DNA of 64,000 nucleotides from an uncultured Spiribacter sp. (GCA_913056145.1 CAJXMI010000001.1:813-64812), one strand, 5' to 3'; shown: positions 52,326 to 64,000, numbered from the stretch's first letter. Numbers and translations are program-made. The notes: generated by a model not told the origin, from the letters alone.

Positions 52326-53477
52326 TCACCGGCCCGGCGGGCTTTGGGGTGCCGGCTGGCCCAGATTGGCCGGACGCTCCGCCACGGTCAGCTGCCAGCG
52401 CTCGATGGACTGGCCGCGGCGGCCCTGAAGACCGAGCCCGTCGCCGGGGCGTCGATCACTGATCCGGTTGAGAAGGGCGCGCACACTGCTGACCGGCCGT
52501 GCATCAAGATGCGTGATCACATCGTTGGTCTGCAGCCCGGCCTGATCGGCGGGCCCGCCCGGCAGCACGCCGACCACCTCGACGCCCGCAGGGCCGCTGG
52601 CCGACTGAATACGCACACCGATCCAGCCCCGAATGACCCGACCATGCTCGATGATATCGGTGAGCACGGCGCGCGCCAGATCGGCTGGCACCGCGAAGCC
52701 AATCCCGGTTGATGCCCCCGACTGGCTGAACACGGCAGTATTGATGCCGATGACCTCGCCGCTCGCATTGACGAGAGCCCCGCCGGAGTTGCCCGGGTTG
52801 ATGGCGGCATCGGTCTGGATGAAGTTCTCGAAGGTGGCCAGCCCCAGTTCGCTTCGACCGAGGGCACTCACGATACCCTGGGTGACCGTCTGGCCCACGC
52901 CAAACGGATTGCCGATGGCCAGCACCACATCGCCAACGCGGTTACGCTCCGAGTCGGCCAGCGTGACCCAGGGCAGCTCGGGCAGGCCGATCTGCAGGAC
53001 GGCCAGATCGGACTCGGGGTCGGTCCCGACGATTGAGGCGGGCGCGGTGCGGCCGTCGGCCAGCAATACCTGGATCTGGCGGGCCCCTTCGATGACGTGA
53101 TAGCTGGTGAGCACATGCCCCGCGTCGCTGGCAATGACGCCGGACCCGAGCGAGGTCTCGAAATCTCCCTCGGGGGTGGCAGGGGGCGCATCAAAGAGCT
53201 GATCGAACAGCGGATCGTCGAGCAGGGCATTGCGGGGATCGGCGGTGGCCGTGCTGGTGTAGATGTTGACCACGGCGGGCATCACCGCGGCAACGGCATC
53301 GGCATAGGAAAGGCGAGGGCGGGCGCTTGCGGTATCACCCGCAGCCGCTTGATCGACCCGTACCACCGGCCGCTCACGCTCGAGGAGGTCAGGGGCGAGC
53401 CAGATGACCGCCACGGCCACAAACAGCCCGACCAGTACGTAGCTCAGCACAAAGCGCATGAAGCGGCGCATCTTCAT
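52326..53477 (-). CDS. degS: HtrA-family protease with one PDZ (DegS/AlgW-like)
   Basis: N-terminal TM, GSGVI, YHV, DLAVL, TDAAINPGNSGG. Confidence 0.85.
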   Translation of the reverse strand: MKMRRFMRFVLSYVLVGLFVAVAVIWLAPDLLERERPVVRVDQAAAGDTASARPRLSYADAVAAVMPAVVNIYTSTATADPRNALLDDPLFDQLFDAPPATPEGDFETSLGSGVIASDAGHVLTSYHVIEGARQIQVLLADGRTAPASIVGTDPESDLAVLQIGLPELPWVTLADSERNRVGDVVLAIGNPFGVGQTVTQGIVSALGRSELGLATFENFIQTDAAINPGNSGGALVNASGEVIGINTAVFSQSGASTGIGFAVPADLARAVLTDIIEHGRVIRGWIGVRIQSASGPAGVEVVGVLPGGPADQAGLQTNDVITHLDARPVSSVRALLNRISDRRPGDGLGLQGRRGQSIERWQLTVAERPANLGQPAPQSPPGR

Positions 53478-53522
53478 ATCTTATAGTGGCCCACTATTGA
53501 TTGTTTTATGCCCGGAGGCCCG

Positions 53523-54281
53523 ATGGTACACCGATCCACACTGGTTGATTACCTCGACGAGCAACTCGGGGTGGCCAGCCTCAGCGACTACTGCCCCAAT
53601 GGCCTGCAGGTGGAGGGGCGGCCCGACATATGCCGTCTGGTGAGCGGGGTCACCGCATCGCAGCGCTTTCTCGATGCAGCCATCGAGGCGGGTGCCGATG
53701 CGGTGCTGGTTCATCATGGCTACTTCTGGAAAGGGGAGCCGGCGGTCATTACGGGCATGAAGGCCCGGCGCATCCGCTTTTTGCTGGAGCACGATGTCAG
53801 CCTGTTCGCCTATCACCTGCCGCTCGATGTGCATCCGGTTCTGGGCAATAACGCCTGTCTCGGCCGTTTGCTGGGGGCGACGCCGGCGGCGCCAGTCGCG
53901 GTCGGTGGAACGCCGGGCCTGCTGTGGCAGGGTGAGCTGGCGGCGCCTGAGCCCGTTGAGGCCCTGGCTGGACGCCTTGCCGCGGGGCTGGGGCGGACAC
54001 CGCTCGTGGTCGGGTCGGGACCGGAAACGGTGCGCCGCATTGCCTGGTGCAGCGGTGGCGCGCAAGGGTTTATCACCACCGCTGCCGATTTGGGTGTTGA
54101 TGCGTATCTGAGCGGCGAGATCTCGGAGCCGACCACGCATGTCGCCCGTGAATCAGGGCTGCATTACCTGGCGGCGGGGCATCACGCCACCGAGCGCGGC
54201 GGGGTGCAGGCCCTGGGCGAGCACCTGGCCAGCCGGTTCGGGATCGAGCACCGCTTTGTCGACGATCCCAATCCGGCTTGA
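53523..54281 (+). CDS. Nif3-like dinuclear metal protein (YbgI)
   Basis: DYCPNGLQVEG, VHHG, YHLPLD.H, GHHATE. Confidence 0.93.
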   Translation: MVHRSTLVDYLDEQLGVASLSDYCPNGLQVEGRPDICRLVSGVTASQRFLDAAIEAGADAVLVHHGYFWKGEPAVITGMKARRIRFLLEHDVSLFAYHLPLDVHPVLGNNACLGRLLGATPAAPVAVGGTPGLLWQGELAAPEPVEALAGRLAAGLGRTPLVVGSGPETVRRIAWCSGGAQGFITTAADLGVDAYLSGEISEPTTHVARESGLHYLAAGHHATERGGVQALGEHLASRFGIEHRFVDDPNPA

Positions 54282-54467
54282 TTGAAAGCAAGTTATGCCC
54301 CGGTGGCTCGCCCTTGCCAGCGGCCTGCAACCTTGACTGGAACGGCGGGTTGAGGGATTCTAGCGCGCGAAGAATGGCCGTGAAAAACACGGCGCCAGAA
54401 GCGTTGGTTCAGGGTCAGCATGGGCGGCCCGCGAACCCGGGTCCGTTACCCATGCAGGGGAAAGTCA

Positions 54468-55058
54468 ATGTCCCAGGAAGGTGCCAGCAAGAGCCGCCGT
54501 CGTTTTCTGACCGGTGCGGTCTCCGTGGTTGGTGGAGTGGGTGCTGCCTATGTCGCAGTACCCTTTCTTGCGTACTGGAAGCCCAGTGCAACGACCCGTG
54601 CTGCGGGTGCGCCGGTGGAAGTCGACACCAGCACACTCGAGCCCGGGCAGCGCGTCAACATTACCTGGCGGGGGCAACCGGTCTGGGTCGTGCGCCGTTC
54701 CGAGGCCGCCATCGAGGCGCTGGCGTCAGTGAACGACCGCCTGGCCGATCCCGAGTCGGCCGTGGCCAGCCAGCAGCCCGCTTATGCGCAGAACCTGCAT
54801 CGCTCCATCGATCCGTCGCTTCTGGTGGTGGTGCCCATCTGTACCCACCTGGGGTGCATTCCCTCGTTCATGCCAAGGCCGGGCTCGCTTGATGCCGACT
54901 GGCAGGGCGGTTTCTTCTGCCCCTGCCACGGGTCGCGGTTTGACATGGCCGGGCGCGTCTACCGAGGCGTGCCCGCACCCACTAATCTGCAGATACCGCC
55001 TCACCGTCTCGCTGATGATGGTGTAGTGGTCGTCGGCGAAGACCAGGAGGCAGCCTGA
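54468..55058 (+). CDS. petA: Cytochrome bc1 Rieske subunit
   Basis: Tat signal SRRRFL, CTHLGC, CPCHGS. Confidence 0.97.
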   Translation: MSQEGASKSRRRFLTGAVSVVGGVGAAYVAVPFLAYWKPSATTRAAGAPVEVDTSTLEPGQRVNITWRGQPVWVVRRSEAAIEALASVNDRLADPESAVASQQPAYAQNLHRSIDPSLLVVVPICTHLGCIPSFMPRPGSLDADWQGGFFCPCHGSRFDMAGRVYRGVPAPTNLQIPPHRLADDGVVVVGEDQEAA

Positions 55059-56314
55059 TGAGTGATGCAACCACCAAGGCCCAGGGCGGTCTGCTCGGCT
55101 GGGTCGATGCGCGCTTCCCGCTCACCAAGATGTGGAACGAGCACATCGGCGAGTACTACGCGCCCAAGAACTTCAACTTCTGGTACTACTTCGGCTCGTT
55201 GGCGTTGTTCGTACTGGTCAACCAGCTGCTCACCGGCATCTGGCTCACCATGAACTACAACCCCTCGGCAGCCGGTGCCTTCGCCTCCGTCGAATACATC
55301 ATGCGCGACGTCGAGTGGGGCTGGCTTATCCGCTACATGCACTCCACCGGTGCCTCGGCGTTCTTCGTCGTGGTCTATCTGCACATGTTCCGGGCGCTGC
55401 TCTACGGCTCGTATCAAAAGCCGCGCGAGCTGATCTGGATCTTCGGGATGATCATCTACCTGGTGCTCATGGGCGAGGCCTTCATGGGCTATTTGCTGCC
55501 CTGGGGGCAGATGTCGTTCTGGGGTGCGCAGGTCATCATCTCGCTGTTCGGGGCCATCCCCGGGGTGGGTGAGCAGCTGGCGCTCTGGATTCGCGGCGAT
55601 TTCAATATCTCCGGGGTCACGCTCAACCGCTTCTTTGCCCTGCATGTGGTGGCGCTGCCGCTGGCGCTGGTCGGCCTGGTGGTGTTCCATATCCTGGCGC
55701 TGCACGAGGTGGGCTCCAACAACCCGGATGGCGTCAACATCAAGGAACACAAGGGCTCCGACGGCAAGCCCAAGGACGGAATCCCGTTCCACCCCTACTA
55801 CACCGTCAAGGACACCTTCGGCCTTGGGGTCTTCCTGATCTTCTTTGCCGCCGTGGTGTTCTTTGCCCCCGAGATGGGCGGATACTTCCTGGAGCCACCC
55901 AATTTCGAGCCGGCAAACCCGCTGCAGACTCCTGCGCATATCGCGCCGGTGTGGTACTTCACGGCGTTTTACTCGATCCTGCGCGCCATCCCTGACAAGT
56001 TTGGCGGCGTGCTGGCAATGGGCCTCGCCATCTTCCTGCTGTTCCTGCTGCCCTGGATCGATCGTGGCAAGGTGCGCTCGATCCGCTATCGCGGACTGGG
56101 GCACAAGATCAACCTCGGGCTGTTCGCGGTGGCGTTTGTCATCCTGAGCTATCTTGGGCTGCAGGCACCGTCTGATCTGTACCTGGGGCTCTCGGTCACT
56201 CTGTGGGCGCAGATCTGGACCGCGGTGTACTTCGGGTTCTTCATCTTCCTGTTCGCCTACACCGCGTTTGGGTTTGAACGGACCAGGCCCGTACCGGAGA
56301 GGGTGACCGACTGA
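55058..56314 (+). CDS. petB: Cytochrome b
   Basis: RYMHSTGAS, PWGQMSFWGA, PVWYF. Confidence 0.97.
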   Translation: MSDATTKAQGGLLGWVDARFPLTKMWNEHIGEYYAPKNFNFWYYFGSLALFVLVNQLLTGIWLTMNYNPSAAGAFASVEYIMRDVEWGWLIRYMHSTGASAFFVVVYLHMFRALLYGSYQKPRELIWIFGMIIYLVLMGEAFMGYLLPWGQMSFWGAQVIISLFGAIPGVGEQLALWIRGDFNISGVTLNRFFALHVVALPLALVGLVVFHILALHEVGSNNPDGVNIKEHKGSDGKPKDGIPFHPYYTVKDTFGLGVFLIFFAAVVFFAPEMGGYFLEPPNFEPANPLQTPAHIAPVWYFTAFYSILRAIPDKFGGVLAMGLAIFLLFLLPWIDRGKVRSIRYRGLGHKINLGLFAVAFVILSYLGLQAPSDLYLGLSVTLWAQIWTAVYFGFFIFLFAYTAFGFERTRPVPERVTD

Positions 56315-57045
56315 TGAAAAAGATTGCACTCTGTGTTCTGCTTGGCCTGTTCTCGGGGGGGGCGTTTGCAGCCGGTGGCGGTGGCGATCTCATGGATGCC
56401 CAGGTCGATGTGTCGGACACGGCCTCGCTGCAACGCGGTGCCAAGCTCTTTGCCAATAACTGCATGGGCTGCCACTCGGCCGAGTACATGCGCTGGAATG
56501 CCCTGCCCGAGGGGCTGGGCGTGTCGATGGAGACCATCGAGGAAACCCTGATCTACGGCAGCTACCAGCAGGGCGACATGATGAATGTGGCCATGCGCGG
56601 TGCGGATGCCGCCGACTGGTTTGGTGCCGAGCCGCCGGATCTGTCTCTCACCGCCCGCTCGCGGGGCGCGGACTGGGTCTACACCTATCTGAACAGCTTC
56701 TACCGGGATCCGGATGCCAGCATCGGCTGGAACAATCAGCTGCTTGCCAACTCGTCGATGCCGCATGTGCTGTGGCGTCTGCAGGGTGTCCCCGAGCCCA
56801 CCTACGAAGAGCAGGGTGGCGAGCTGCTGGTAGCCGGGATCCAGGTGCCCGAGGCGCAGGCCGGTACCCTGTCCGAGGCCGAGTATCACCAGGCCACCCG
56901 CGACATCACCAACTTCATGGCGTTTGTTGCCGAGCCGGTGCGGGCCAAGCGCCAGGAGATCGGTGTCTGGGTGATCGGCTTTCTCGTGGTCTTTACCGCG
57001 CTTGCGTATCTGCTGAAGCGCGAATACTGGAGGGACATCCACTGA
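56314..57045 (+). CDS. petC: Cytochrome c1
   Basis: CMGCH, PPDLSL, MPHVL, C-terminal TM. Confidence 0.96.
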   Translation: MKKIALCVLLGLFSGGAFAAGGGGDLMDAQVDVSDTASLQRGAKLFANNCMGCHSAEYMRWNALPEGLGVSMETIEETLIYGSYQQGDMMNVAMRGADAADWFGAEPPDLSLTARSRGADWVYTYLNSFYRDPDASIGWNNQLLANSSMPHVLWRLQGVPEPTYEEQGGELLVAGIQVPEAQAGTLSEAEYHQATRDITNFMAFVAEPVRAKRQEIGVWVIGFLVVFTALAYLLKREYWRDIH

Positions 57046-57077
57046 GCCGGCAGGCCGAGCAGATCAGCGAGGGGCCG

Positions 57078-57710
57078 GTGGCGCTCAGCCAGCGTACCTC
57101 TATTGGGCTCTACAGCGATCCGGCCAGTGCTGACAGCCACCGCGTGCGGCTGGTGCTTGCCGAGAAGGGGATTGCCGTCGAGATTGTGGAGGTGCCGCCC
57201 GAGGGGCCGCAGCCCGAGGATCTGGCCCAACTCAACCCCTATGCCGAGACCCCTACGCTGGTTGATCGCGATCTCGCCTTGTACGACCCTCGGGTGGTGT
57301 GTGAATACCTTGATGAGCGCTTCCCGCATCCGCCACTGATGCCGGTGGATCCGGTGTCGCGGGCCAAGGCCAAGCTGGTCATCTCACGCATCGAGCGTGA
57401 CTGGTATCGGTTGCTGGCGCATCTGGAGCGGCCGGATGCCCGTGGCAAGCCCGCCATACGGCGTGAGCTTGCCGAGGGGCTGGCGGCCAGTGCCGATGTC
57501 TTTGACGCCGGAGTGCCCTTTTTCCTCAGTGAAGAAATCACGATGATGGACTGCACGCTCGCGCCGCTCCTGTGGCGGCTCCGGCATTACGGCGTGGAGC
57601 TGCCAGAGGCGGCCGCGCCGGTTCAGGCCTATGCCGAGCGGCTCTTTGAGCGGGCGCCGTTTCAGGCCAGCCTGACAGCCGCTGAACAGGCGATGACCCG
57701 GGCGGGATGA
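57078..57710 (+). CDS. sspA: Stringent starvation protein A
   Basis: SHRVRLVLAEK, EYLDERFPHPPLMPV; GTG start after GAGG. Confidence 0.93.
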   Translation: MALSQRTSIGLYSDPASADSHRVRLVLAEKGIAVEIVEVPPEGPQPEDLAQLNPYAETPTLVDRDLALYDPRVVCEYLDERFPHPPLMPVDPVSRAKAKLVISRIERDWYRLLAHLERPDARGKPAIRRELAEGLAASADVFDAGVPFFLSEEITMMDCTLAPLLWRLRHYGVELPEAAAPVQAYAERLFERAPFQASLTAAEQAMTRAG

Positions 57711-58117
57711 CACCCAGTCGGCCTTATCTGCTGCGCGGCCTGCACGAGTGGATCGTGGATAACGGCCTGACCCCGCATCTGCTCGTGAATGCCGAAGGTG
57801 AGGGCGTGTCGGCGCCGCTCGAGTTTGCCGACGACGGGCAGCTGGTGCTCAACATCTCGTACACCGCCACGCGCGGACTGTCGCTGGGTAATGAGGCGGT
57901 CGCCTTCGAGGCGCGCTTTGGCGGGACACCCATGCAGGTGTTGATACCTATCAGCGAGGTGCTTGCCATATTCGCGCGCGAAAATGGCCGCGGCATGGTG
58001 TTTTCTCCGGAGGACGGGGCGGGTGACCCGCCATCCGGTGATAACACCGAGCCGCCTGACGGCTCCGGAGGCGACGGTGGCAATGCCGGCCGCCCCGGGC
58101 TTCGGGTGGTCAAGTAG
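57707..58117 (+). CDS. sspB: ClpXP adaptor SspB
   Basis: RPYLLR, DN.LTPHL, C-terminal LRVVK. Confidence 0.95.
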   Translation: MTPSRPYLLRGLHEWIVDNGLTPHLLVNAEGEGVSAPLEFADDGQLVLNISYTATRGLSLGNEAVAFEARFGGTPMQVLIPISEVLAIFARENGRGMVFSPEDGAGDPPSGDNTEPPDGSGGDGGNAGRPGLRVVK

Positions 58118-58121
58118 GCGC

Positions 58122-59084
<963 letters not shown>

Positions 59085-59088
<4 letters not shown>

Positions 59089-60968
59089 GGCAGGTACTCG
59101 GGTGCCCCGCCCGTGTCGGACAGCCGCAGCCGCTCGGGCCCCGAGCGGCCGATGCGCGCGGGCAGCAGATGCCGATGCACCCGCCCGGATGCATCCACCC
59201 GGATAGCGCCGGTCGTGCCCATGGCGCGCAGGGTGGGCTCACGCTCAAGGACCGAGAGGGGCCCGAGCAGCTGGTAGGCGTCGATGCCCAACGCATGCAA
59301 CCGGCGCGGTGTGCGGCTGCCGGCGGCTTCGAGCTGAGCGCGTGCCCTCTGGATGTCAACACGGCTGTCAATGCCAAAAAGCCATGGCATGCGGGTGATC
59401 ATGAGTGCATCAAGGTCCTGGCTGGCGGAGTCGTCGGCCGTCTCCGGGTAGGCCTGCGTGGTTGCCAGTACCGGCAGTCCGATGCCGCGCTGGAAGCGGA
59501 TTTGCGGCGCCGCCAGGCGGGCGGATGCCTCAAAGGCGGCCAGAAAGATGGCCTCCATGTCGGCGCGGCGTCGATCCTCGAAGCGCAGGCGAAGCCCCGA
59601 CGCCGAGCGGATGCGCTCATGCCGGGCCACGCTCAGATCCAGATTGAAAAGGCGCCGGATGGGTCCGCTCATGTCCTGCTGATCAGCGGAATAGGTGCCT
59701 CGCTCGAGTACCTGTCCGCCGCCCGCCTCGAACTCGTCGGTAAAGGCGGCGACAACGCGCCTCCCCCAGTCATTGGCGCTGCCCAGTGCCGTCATCTGGC
59801 GATGACCCAGTTGCAGCGCCAGGGCAGCGGCTGCACGGGCATCATCCTCTGGCGCCAGGCCAAACTGCTGCACGTTGGGCGGAGCCTCCATGTCATCGAG
59901 CCGGTTCAGGGCCAGCACCGGGATATCAATTTGTGTACTGGCAAGCAGATCGCGCAGCGCGCGCTTGTCGAGCGGGCCGATGACATGGGCGGCCTGCTCG
60001 GCCTGCGCCCGGCGATAGGCGGCCGGCGCGGGAAGGCCTTGCTCGCCGGTATCGATGAACAGCAGTTGCGGCCGCCGGCGGTTGTCGGCCGCTGCATGAT
60101 GGGCGGCGAGGATGCCCTGACGAATGCGTCGTCCCGCCGCTCCCAGCTCGCCGGTGACCGGGAGCAGGACGGCGATTTTGCGCGGGGGTGACAGATCGGC
60201 CCGCTGCATGGCGGCAATACGGGTGCCGAGTAGCTGGCTCGCCGGATGCCGCGGATGAGCGTCCCGCCATTCGCTGTAGGCGCGGGCAGCGCCATCCGGC
60301 ATAAGCCCGCGCTCGCGGGTCAGGAGTGCCAGACGCTGCCATCCGGCCTGCACGGATGTATCCGCGGCCGCCGCCCGCTCGCGCAGCGCAGGAAGCGGCA
60401 TGCGGCTCAGGGTTGTCCAGAGTGCCGCTTCGTTGCGCCGGGCAAGGAATGCCGGTGGCGCGGTCCGGGCAATGGCGATTCGATGGTCGAGGGCTGCGTC
60501 CAGGTCGCCGGCCGTTTCTGCAAGGCGGGCCCGCGCCCTCAGGTGAAACGGGACGAGCCGCGATGGCAGGGCGGCCACATCCACGCTGAGTGCCGTGCGC
60601 GCCGCTGGCCCGGACAAGTCGCCCAGCCTGACACGCAGCAGATTGCCAAGGAGTCGGTTGCTGGGGTTGGCGTCGGAATAACGGCTGGACAGGGCGCGCC
60701 GCGCGCTGGCCGGGTCGTCAAGCTCGAGGGCAAGCAGGGCGGCCTCCATGCGCAATCCGGTTGCCGCGGGTTGGCCGGCCTCGGCAGCCGCCATGCGCAG
60801 GAGAGTCAGCGCACTCGCCGGGTCACCCAGGGCGAGTGCGGCCTCGGCATCGGCGATATACGGCGAGCGGAACTCGCTCAGCTCGACACCGCCGCGGGGC
60901 ACGACACCCGCGCAGCCGGCGAGAACCAGAGCAACGGCGACAACAATGGTGGAGCGGAACGATGCCAA
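59085..60968 (-). CDS. lpoA: Penicillin-binding protein activator LpoA
   Basis: Lipobox LAGC, IAVLLP..G, IGPLDK, FGLAPEDDA, LGIDAY; start codon uncertain. Confidence 0.88.
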
Positions 60969-61044
60969 GGCATTCCTCGCGGTACCGGTAACCGCCGGGT
61001 AGACTCCACGACGGTGTCGGAAGTATCGAATTCGGGAGTAAAGG

Positions 61045-61896
61045 GTGTCAAACCAGCCGGGGCAATTGCATGTTGTGGCCACGCCGATCGGCAATCTTGG
61101 TGATCTGAGCGCACGGGCACGCGATGTGCTGGCCGCGGCCAGCCTTGTCGCGGCCGAGGATACCCGGCATACGGGGCGTCTTTTGAACAATCTGGGAGTG
61201 CGGCGGCCGCTTCTGAGTCTGCATGAGCACAACGAGACTGCGCGTATCGAGCGGCTTCGCGACGTGCTCGAAAGCGGTGGCGATGTGGCCCTGGTGAGTG
61301 ATGCCGGGACCCCCCTGATCAGCGACCCGGGGTTTCGGGTGGTGCGTGGGCTGCGGCTGGCGGGGTTCGAGGTATTGGCCGTGCCGGGCCCCAGTAGCAT
61401 TACCGCGGCGTTGTCGGTAGCCGGATTGCCTACCGACCGATTCTTCTTCGAAGGCTTCCTGCCCGCCCGTTCGGGTGCTCGCCGGCGGCGGCTCGAGGCC
61501 CTTGCGGGGCTCGACCACACGCTCGTTGTGCTCGAGGCGGGCCGCCGTATGCAGGCAACGCTGCAGGATCTCTGCGCCACTGTGGGTGCCGAGCGTGAGG
61601 GCGCCATCTGTCGCGAGCTCACCAAGCGGCATGAGTCAACCTACCTCGACACCCTGGGCGGGCTGGCCGATGCGCTGGCCGCGGACAGTAACCGGCTGCG
61701 CGGGGAGTTTGTGCTCCTGGTTGGCCCTGCCCCGACCACGTCCTCGACACCGGCGTTGCCGCCGTCCGCCGATCTGTTGGCCCTGTTGCGAGCGGAGGGG
61801 CTTGGTGCGCGGGCGGCGGCGAGGGTGACCGCGCGTCTGACGGGCGAGTCCGCCAATGCGCTGTATAAGGAGGCGGCGGCATTGTCAGGGCGTTGA
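61045..61896 (+). CDS. rsmI: 16S rRNA C1402 2'-O-methyltransferase
   Basis: VATPIGNLGD, AEDTR, SDAGTPLISDPG, RELTK.HE. Confidence 0.96.
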   Translation: MSNQPGQLHVVATPIGNLGDLSARARDVLAAASLVAAEDTRHTGRLLNNLGVRRPLLSLHEHNETARIERLRDVLESGGDVALVSDAGTPLISDPGFRVVRGLRLAGFEVLAVPGPSSITAALSVAGLPTDRFFFEGFLPARSGARRRRLEALAGLDHTLVVLEAGRRMQATLQDLCATVGAEREGAICRELTKRHESTYLDTLGGLADALAADSNRLRGEFVLLVGPAPTTSSTPALPPSADLLALLRAEGLGARAAARVTARLTGESANALYKEAAALSGR

Positions 61897-61908
61897 GGTC
61901 TGCCGGGG

Positions 61909-61917
61909 TGGTATAAT
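61909..61917 (+). promoter_or_regulatory. Extended -10 promoter of rnpB
   Basis: TGgTATAAT just upstream of the RNA 5' end. Confidence 0.7.
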
Positions 61918-61923
61918 GCATTC

Positions 61924-62277
61924 GCGGGGAGTTGGCTGGACAGTCGCTGCACGATGTGTGGAGGAAAGTCCGGGCTCCATAGGGCAGGGTGCCAGGTAAC
62001 GCCTGGGCGGCGTGAGCCGACGGAAAGTGCCGCAGAAAAGATACCGCCGATGGCCGTCAGCCGATGGCTCAGGCAAGGGTGAAATGGTGCGGTAAGAGCG
62101 CACCGCGTGGCTGGCAACAGGCACGGCAGGGTAAACCCCACCCGGAGCAAGACCAAATAGGGGGGCAGACGCGTGGCCCGCGCGGCTCCCGGGTAGGTCG
62201 CTCGAGGTGCATGGCGACATGTACCCCAGATGAATGACTGTCTCTGACAGAACCCGGCTTACAGGCCGGCTCCCCGC
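61924..62277 (+). ncRNA. rnpB: RNase P RNA (bacterial type A)
   Basis: GAGGAAAGTCCGGGCTCC, GGAGCAAGACCAAATAG, ACAGAACCCGGCTTA; terminal GCGGGGAG/CTCCCCGC pairing. Confidence 0.97.
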
Positions 62278-62421
62278 CCTTTCTTTATGCGAATTCTCGC
62301 AATTTCACTTAAATCGATGTTTTAAAAACCGATTTTCTCGGGGTTGGGTTGTGTTGCGACGCGACTCCGGGTGATCGTCGTAAGTCTCTGTCATGTTGGA
62401 AAAAATTGCAGTCACCGCGGG

Positions 62422-62484
62422 TTGACGCATGGTGATGGGCTGTCTAGAGTGTGGCCAAGAGTGGGGAAAAGTGGCAAGAAATGG
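62422..62484 (+). promoter_or_regulatory. dcw promoter with MraZ operator repeats
   Basis: TTGACG-N17-TAGAGT followed by GTGG at 62451, 62461 and 62471 (and ATGG at 62481), 10-bp period. Confidence 0.8.
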
Positions 62485-62512
62485 TTTTTCAGGGTAGTCA
62501 GAGGTAACGCCG

Positions 62513-62965
62513 GTGTTCCGGGGCGTCACGCACATCAATCTGGATGCCAAAGGTCGCATGGCATTCCCCAGCCGCTATCGCGAGCGGCTCGGGGCGCTGT
62601 GTGACGGGCATCTGGTCGTGACCGTCGACCGCGATCCCTGCCTGCTGGTCTATCCGCTGCCCGAGTGGGAGCACATCGAGCAGAAGCTGGTGCGGCTGCC
62701 CAGTCTCAATCGCAGTGCGCGGCGTCTGCAGCGCCTGCTGATCGGCCATGCCACCGAATGCCAGCTCGATGGCAGTGGGCGCATTCTTGTGCCGCCGCCG
62801 CTGCGGGACTTCGCCGGACTCGACAAGCGGACGGTCCTGATCGGTCAGGGCAACAAGTTCGAGCTCTGGGGCGAGGCGGCGTGGACGGCGCGGCGTGACG
62901 AGTGGCTGGCGGAGGCGGCCGACTCCGATGATCTGCCTGGCGATCTCGAGTCGCTGTCTCTGTAG
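62513..62965 (+). CDS. mraZ: Transcriptional regulator MraZ
   Basis: [25 protein letters not shown]. Confidence 0.97.
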   Translation: MFRGVTHINLDAKGRMAFPSRYRERLGALCDGHLVVTVDRDPCLLVYPLPEWEHIEQKLVRLPSLNRSARRLQRLLIGHATECQLDGSGRILVPPPLRDFAGLDKRTVLIGQGNKFELWGEAAWTARRDEWLAEAADSDDLPGDLESLSL

Positions 62966-62976
62966 GAGGCAAAGCC

Positions 62977-63915
62977 GTGAGTCAGATCCCCGAACATCGG
63001 CCCGTCATGCTGGAGGAGGCCATCGCCGGCCTGAATCCCGTGTCCGGAGGCGTCTGGGTGGATGGGACCTACGGGCGCGGAGGGCATGCGGCTGCCTTGC
63101 TGGCCGCGCTCGACGAGACTGCCTGCGTCTGGCTGCTCGATCGGGACCCCGAGGCCATTGCCCGTGCCCGGGCGCAGCATGGCGCCGACCCGCGCTGTCA
63201 CATCCGCCAGGCAAGCTTTGCGAGCCTTGGCGATGGCCTGCGCGATGCGGGTCTGGCAGGTCAGGTGACGGGGCTTTTTCTGGATCTTGGGGTGTCGTCC
63301 CCGCAGCTCGACACGGCGGAGCGCGGCTTCAGTTTTCAACGCCCGGGGCCACTGGATATGCGCATGGACAACACCGGCGGCGAAACCGCGGCCGAGTGGC
63401 TGGCTCGCGTGGATGAGCGCACCCTGACCCGCGTGCTGCGTGACTATGGCGAGGAGCGCTTTGCCCGGCGCATTGCCCGCACGATTGCCACTGCCCGTGA
63501 CGCGGGGCAGCTGCCCGCCTCCACTACCGATCTGGCGCAGCTGATCGCGACCGCGGTACCGCGCAGCGAGCCCGGGCGGCATCCGGCCACGCGCAGCTTC
63601 CAGGCCATCCGGCTCCAGGTGAACGGGGAACTCGAGGCGCTTGATGCCTTGCTCGCCGATGTCTGCGATTTGCTTGGGCCGAGGGGGCGTCTGGTGGTCA
63701 TCAGCTTTCACTCGCTGGAGGACCGGGCGGTGAAGCGCTTCATCAATCGCCACAGTCAGGTGGGCGCGCTGCCCGCCGGTGCCGGCGTGGTGCCACCGGA
63801 GAAGCAGCCGCGTCTGCGTCGGGTGGGGCGCGCACAGCGCCCGGGTGAGACGGAGCTCAAGATCAATCCGCGGGCGCGCAGTGCCACGCTCCGGGTTGCG
63901 GAGCGGCTGCCATGA
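62977..63915 (+). CDS. rsmH: 16S rRNA m4C1402 methyltransferase
   Basis: [39 protein letters not shown]. Confidence 0.97.
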   Translation: MSQIPEHRPVMLEEAIAGLNPVSGGVWVDGTYGRGGHAAALLAALDETACVWLLDRDPEAIARARAQHGADPRCHIRQASFASLGDGLRDAGLAGQVTGLFLDLGVSSPQLDTAERGFSFQRPGPLDMRMDNTGGETAAEWLARVDERTLTRVLRDYGEERFARRIARTIATARDAGQLPASTTDLAQLIATAVPRSEPGRHPATRSFQAIRLQVNGELEALDALLADVCDLLGPRGRLVVISFHSLEDRAVKRFINRHSQVGALPAGAGVVPPEKQPRLRRVGRAQRPGETELKINPRARSATLRVAERLP

Positions 63916-64000
63916 CGCGCTTTCCGCTGTTGATTGCCGCCCTGGGCCTGCTTGTGGTCGTCTCCGCAATCGCCGTTGTGGAGGTCAAGCATCAGAGCCG
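63912..64000 (+). CDS. ftsL: Cell division protein FtsL (5' part)
   Basis: ATGA overlap with rsmH; [29 protein letters not shown]..; dcw position. Confidence 0.85.
   Translation, partial: MTRFPLLIAALGLLVVVSAIAVVEVKHQS

Noticed and set aside
60969-61625. Apparent long N-terminal extension of LpoA
   Set aside because: Runs antisense through rsmI; the lipobox places the real start near 60968
62451-62484. 10-bp periodic GTGG repeats as a novel element
   Set aside because: Match the known MraZ operator arrangement upstream of mraZ

Overview
High-GC gammaproteobacterial chromosome with very short intergenic spaces. Gene order and compaction suggest a streamlined Ectothiorhodospiraceae member such as Spiribacter; this is inference only. 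Most of the window is core housekeeping: surA/lptD, amgK-murU, mreBCD-mrdA-rodA-mltB-rlpA-dacA-ybeD-lipB, gatCAB-hslO, hemA-prfA, prmC-moeB, lolB-ispE-tRNA-Gln-prs-rplY-pth-ychF-tRNA-Met, the kdsD-lptCAB-rpoN-PTS(Ntr) cluster, mlaFEDB-murA-hisGD, petABC-sspAB, lpoA/rsmI, rnpB and the start of dcw. The one accessory region (about 31.4-36.8 kb, between tRNA-Met and mgtE) carries a complete single-strand curli-type functional amyloid locus (csgD-E-F-G-A-H-B) plus a convergent outer-membrane beta-barrel gene. Its notable traits are an 11-repeat curlin with an Arg ladder, a CsgG lacking the aromatic constriction residues, a CsgF lacking the NPxFGG motif and a cysteine-free CsgH-like protein. Other points of interest are a Trm112-family gene translationally coupled to prmC, an ATC start codon for mreC, a truncated HprK, and several genes missing from conserved operons (mlaC, kdsC, ptsI, hisC, dolP). 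All protein calls come from motif recognition by eye; no database searches were run.
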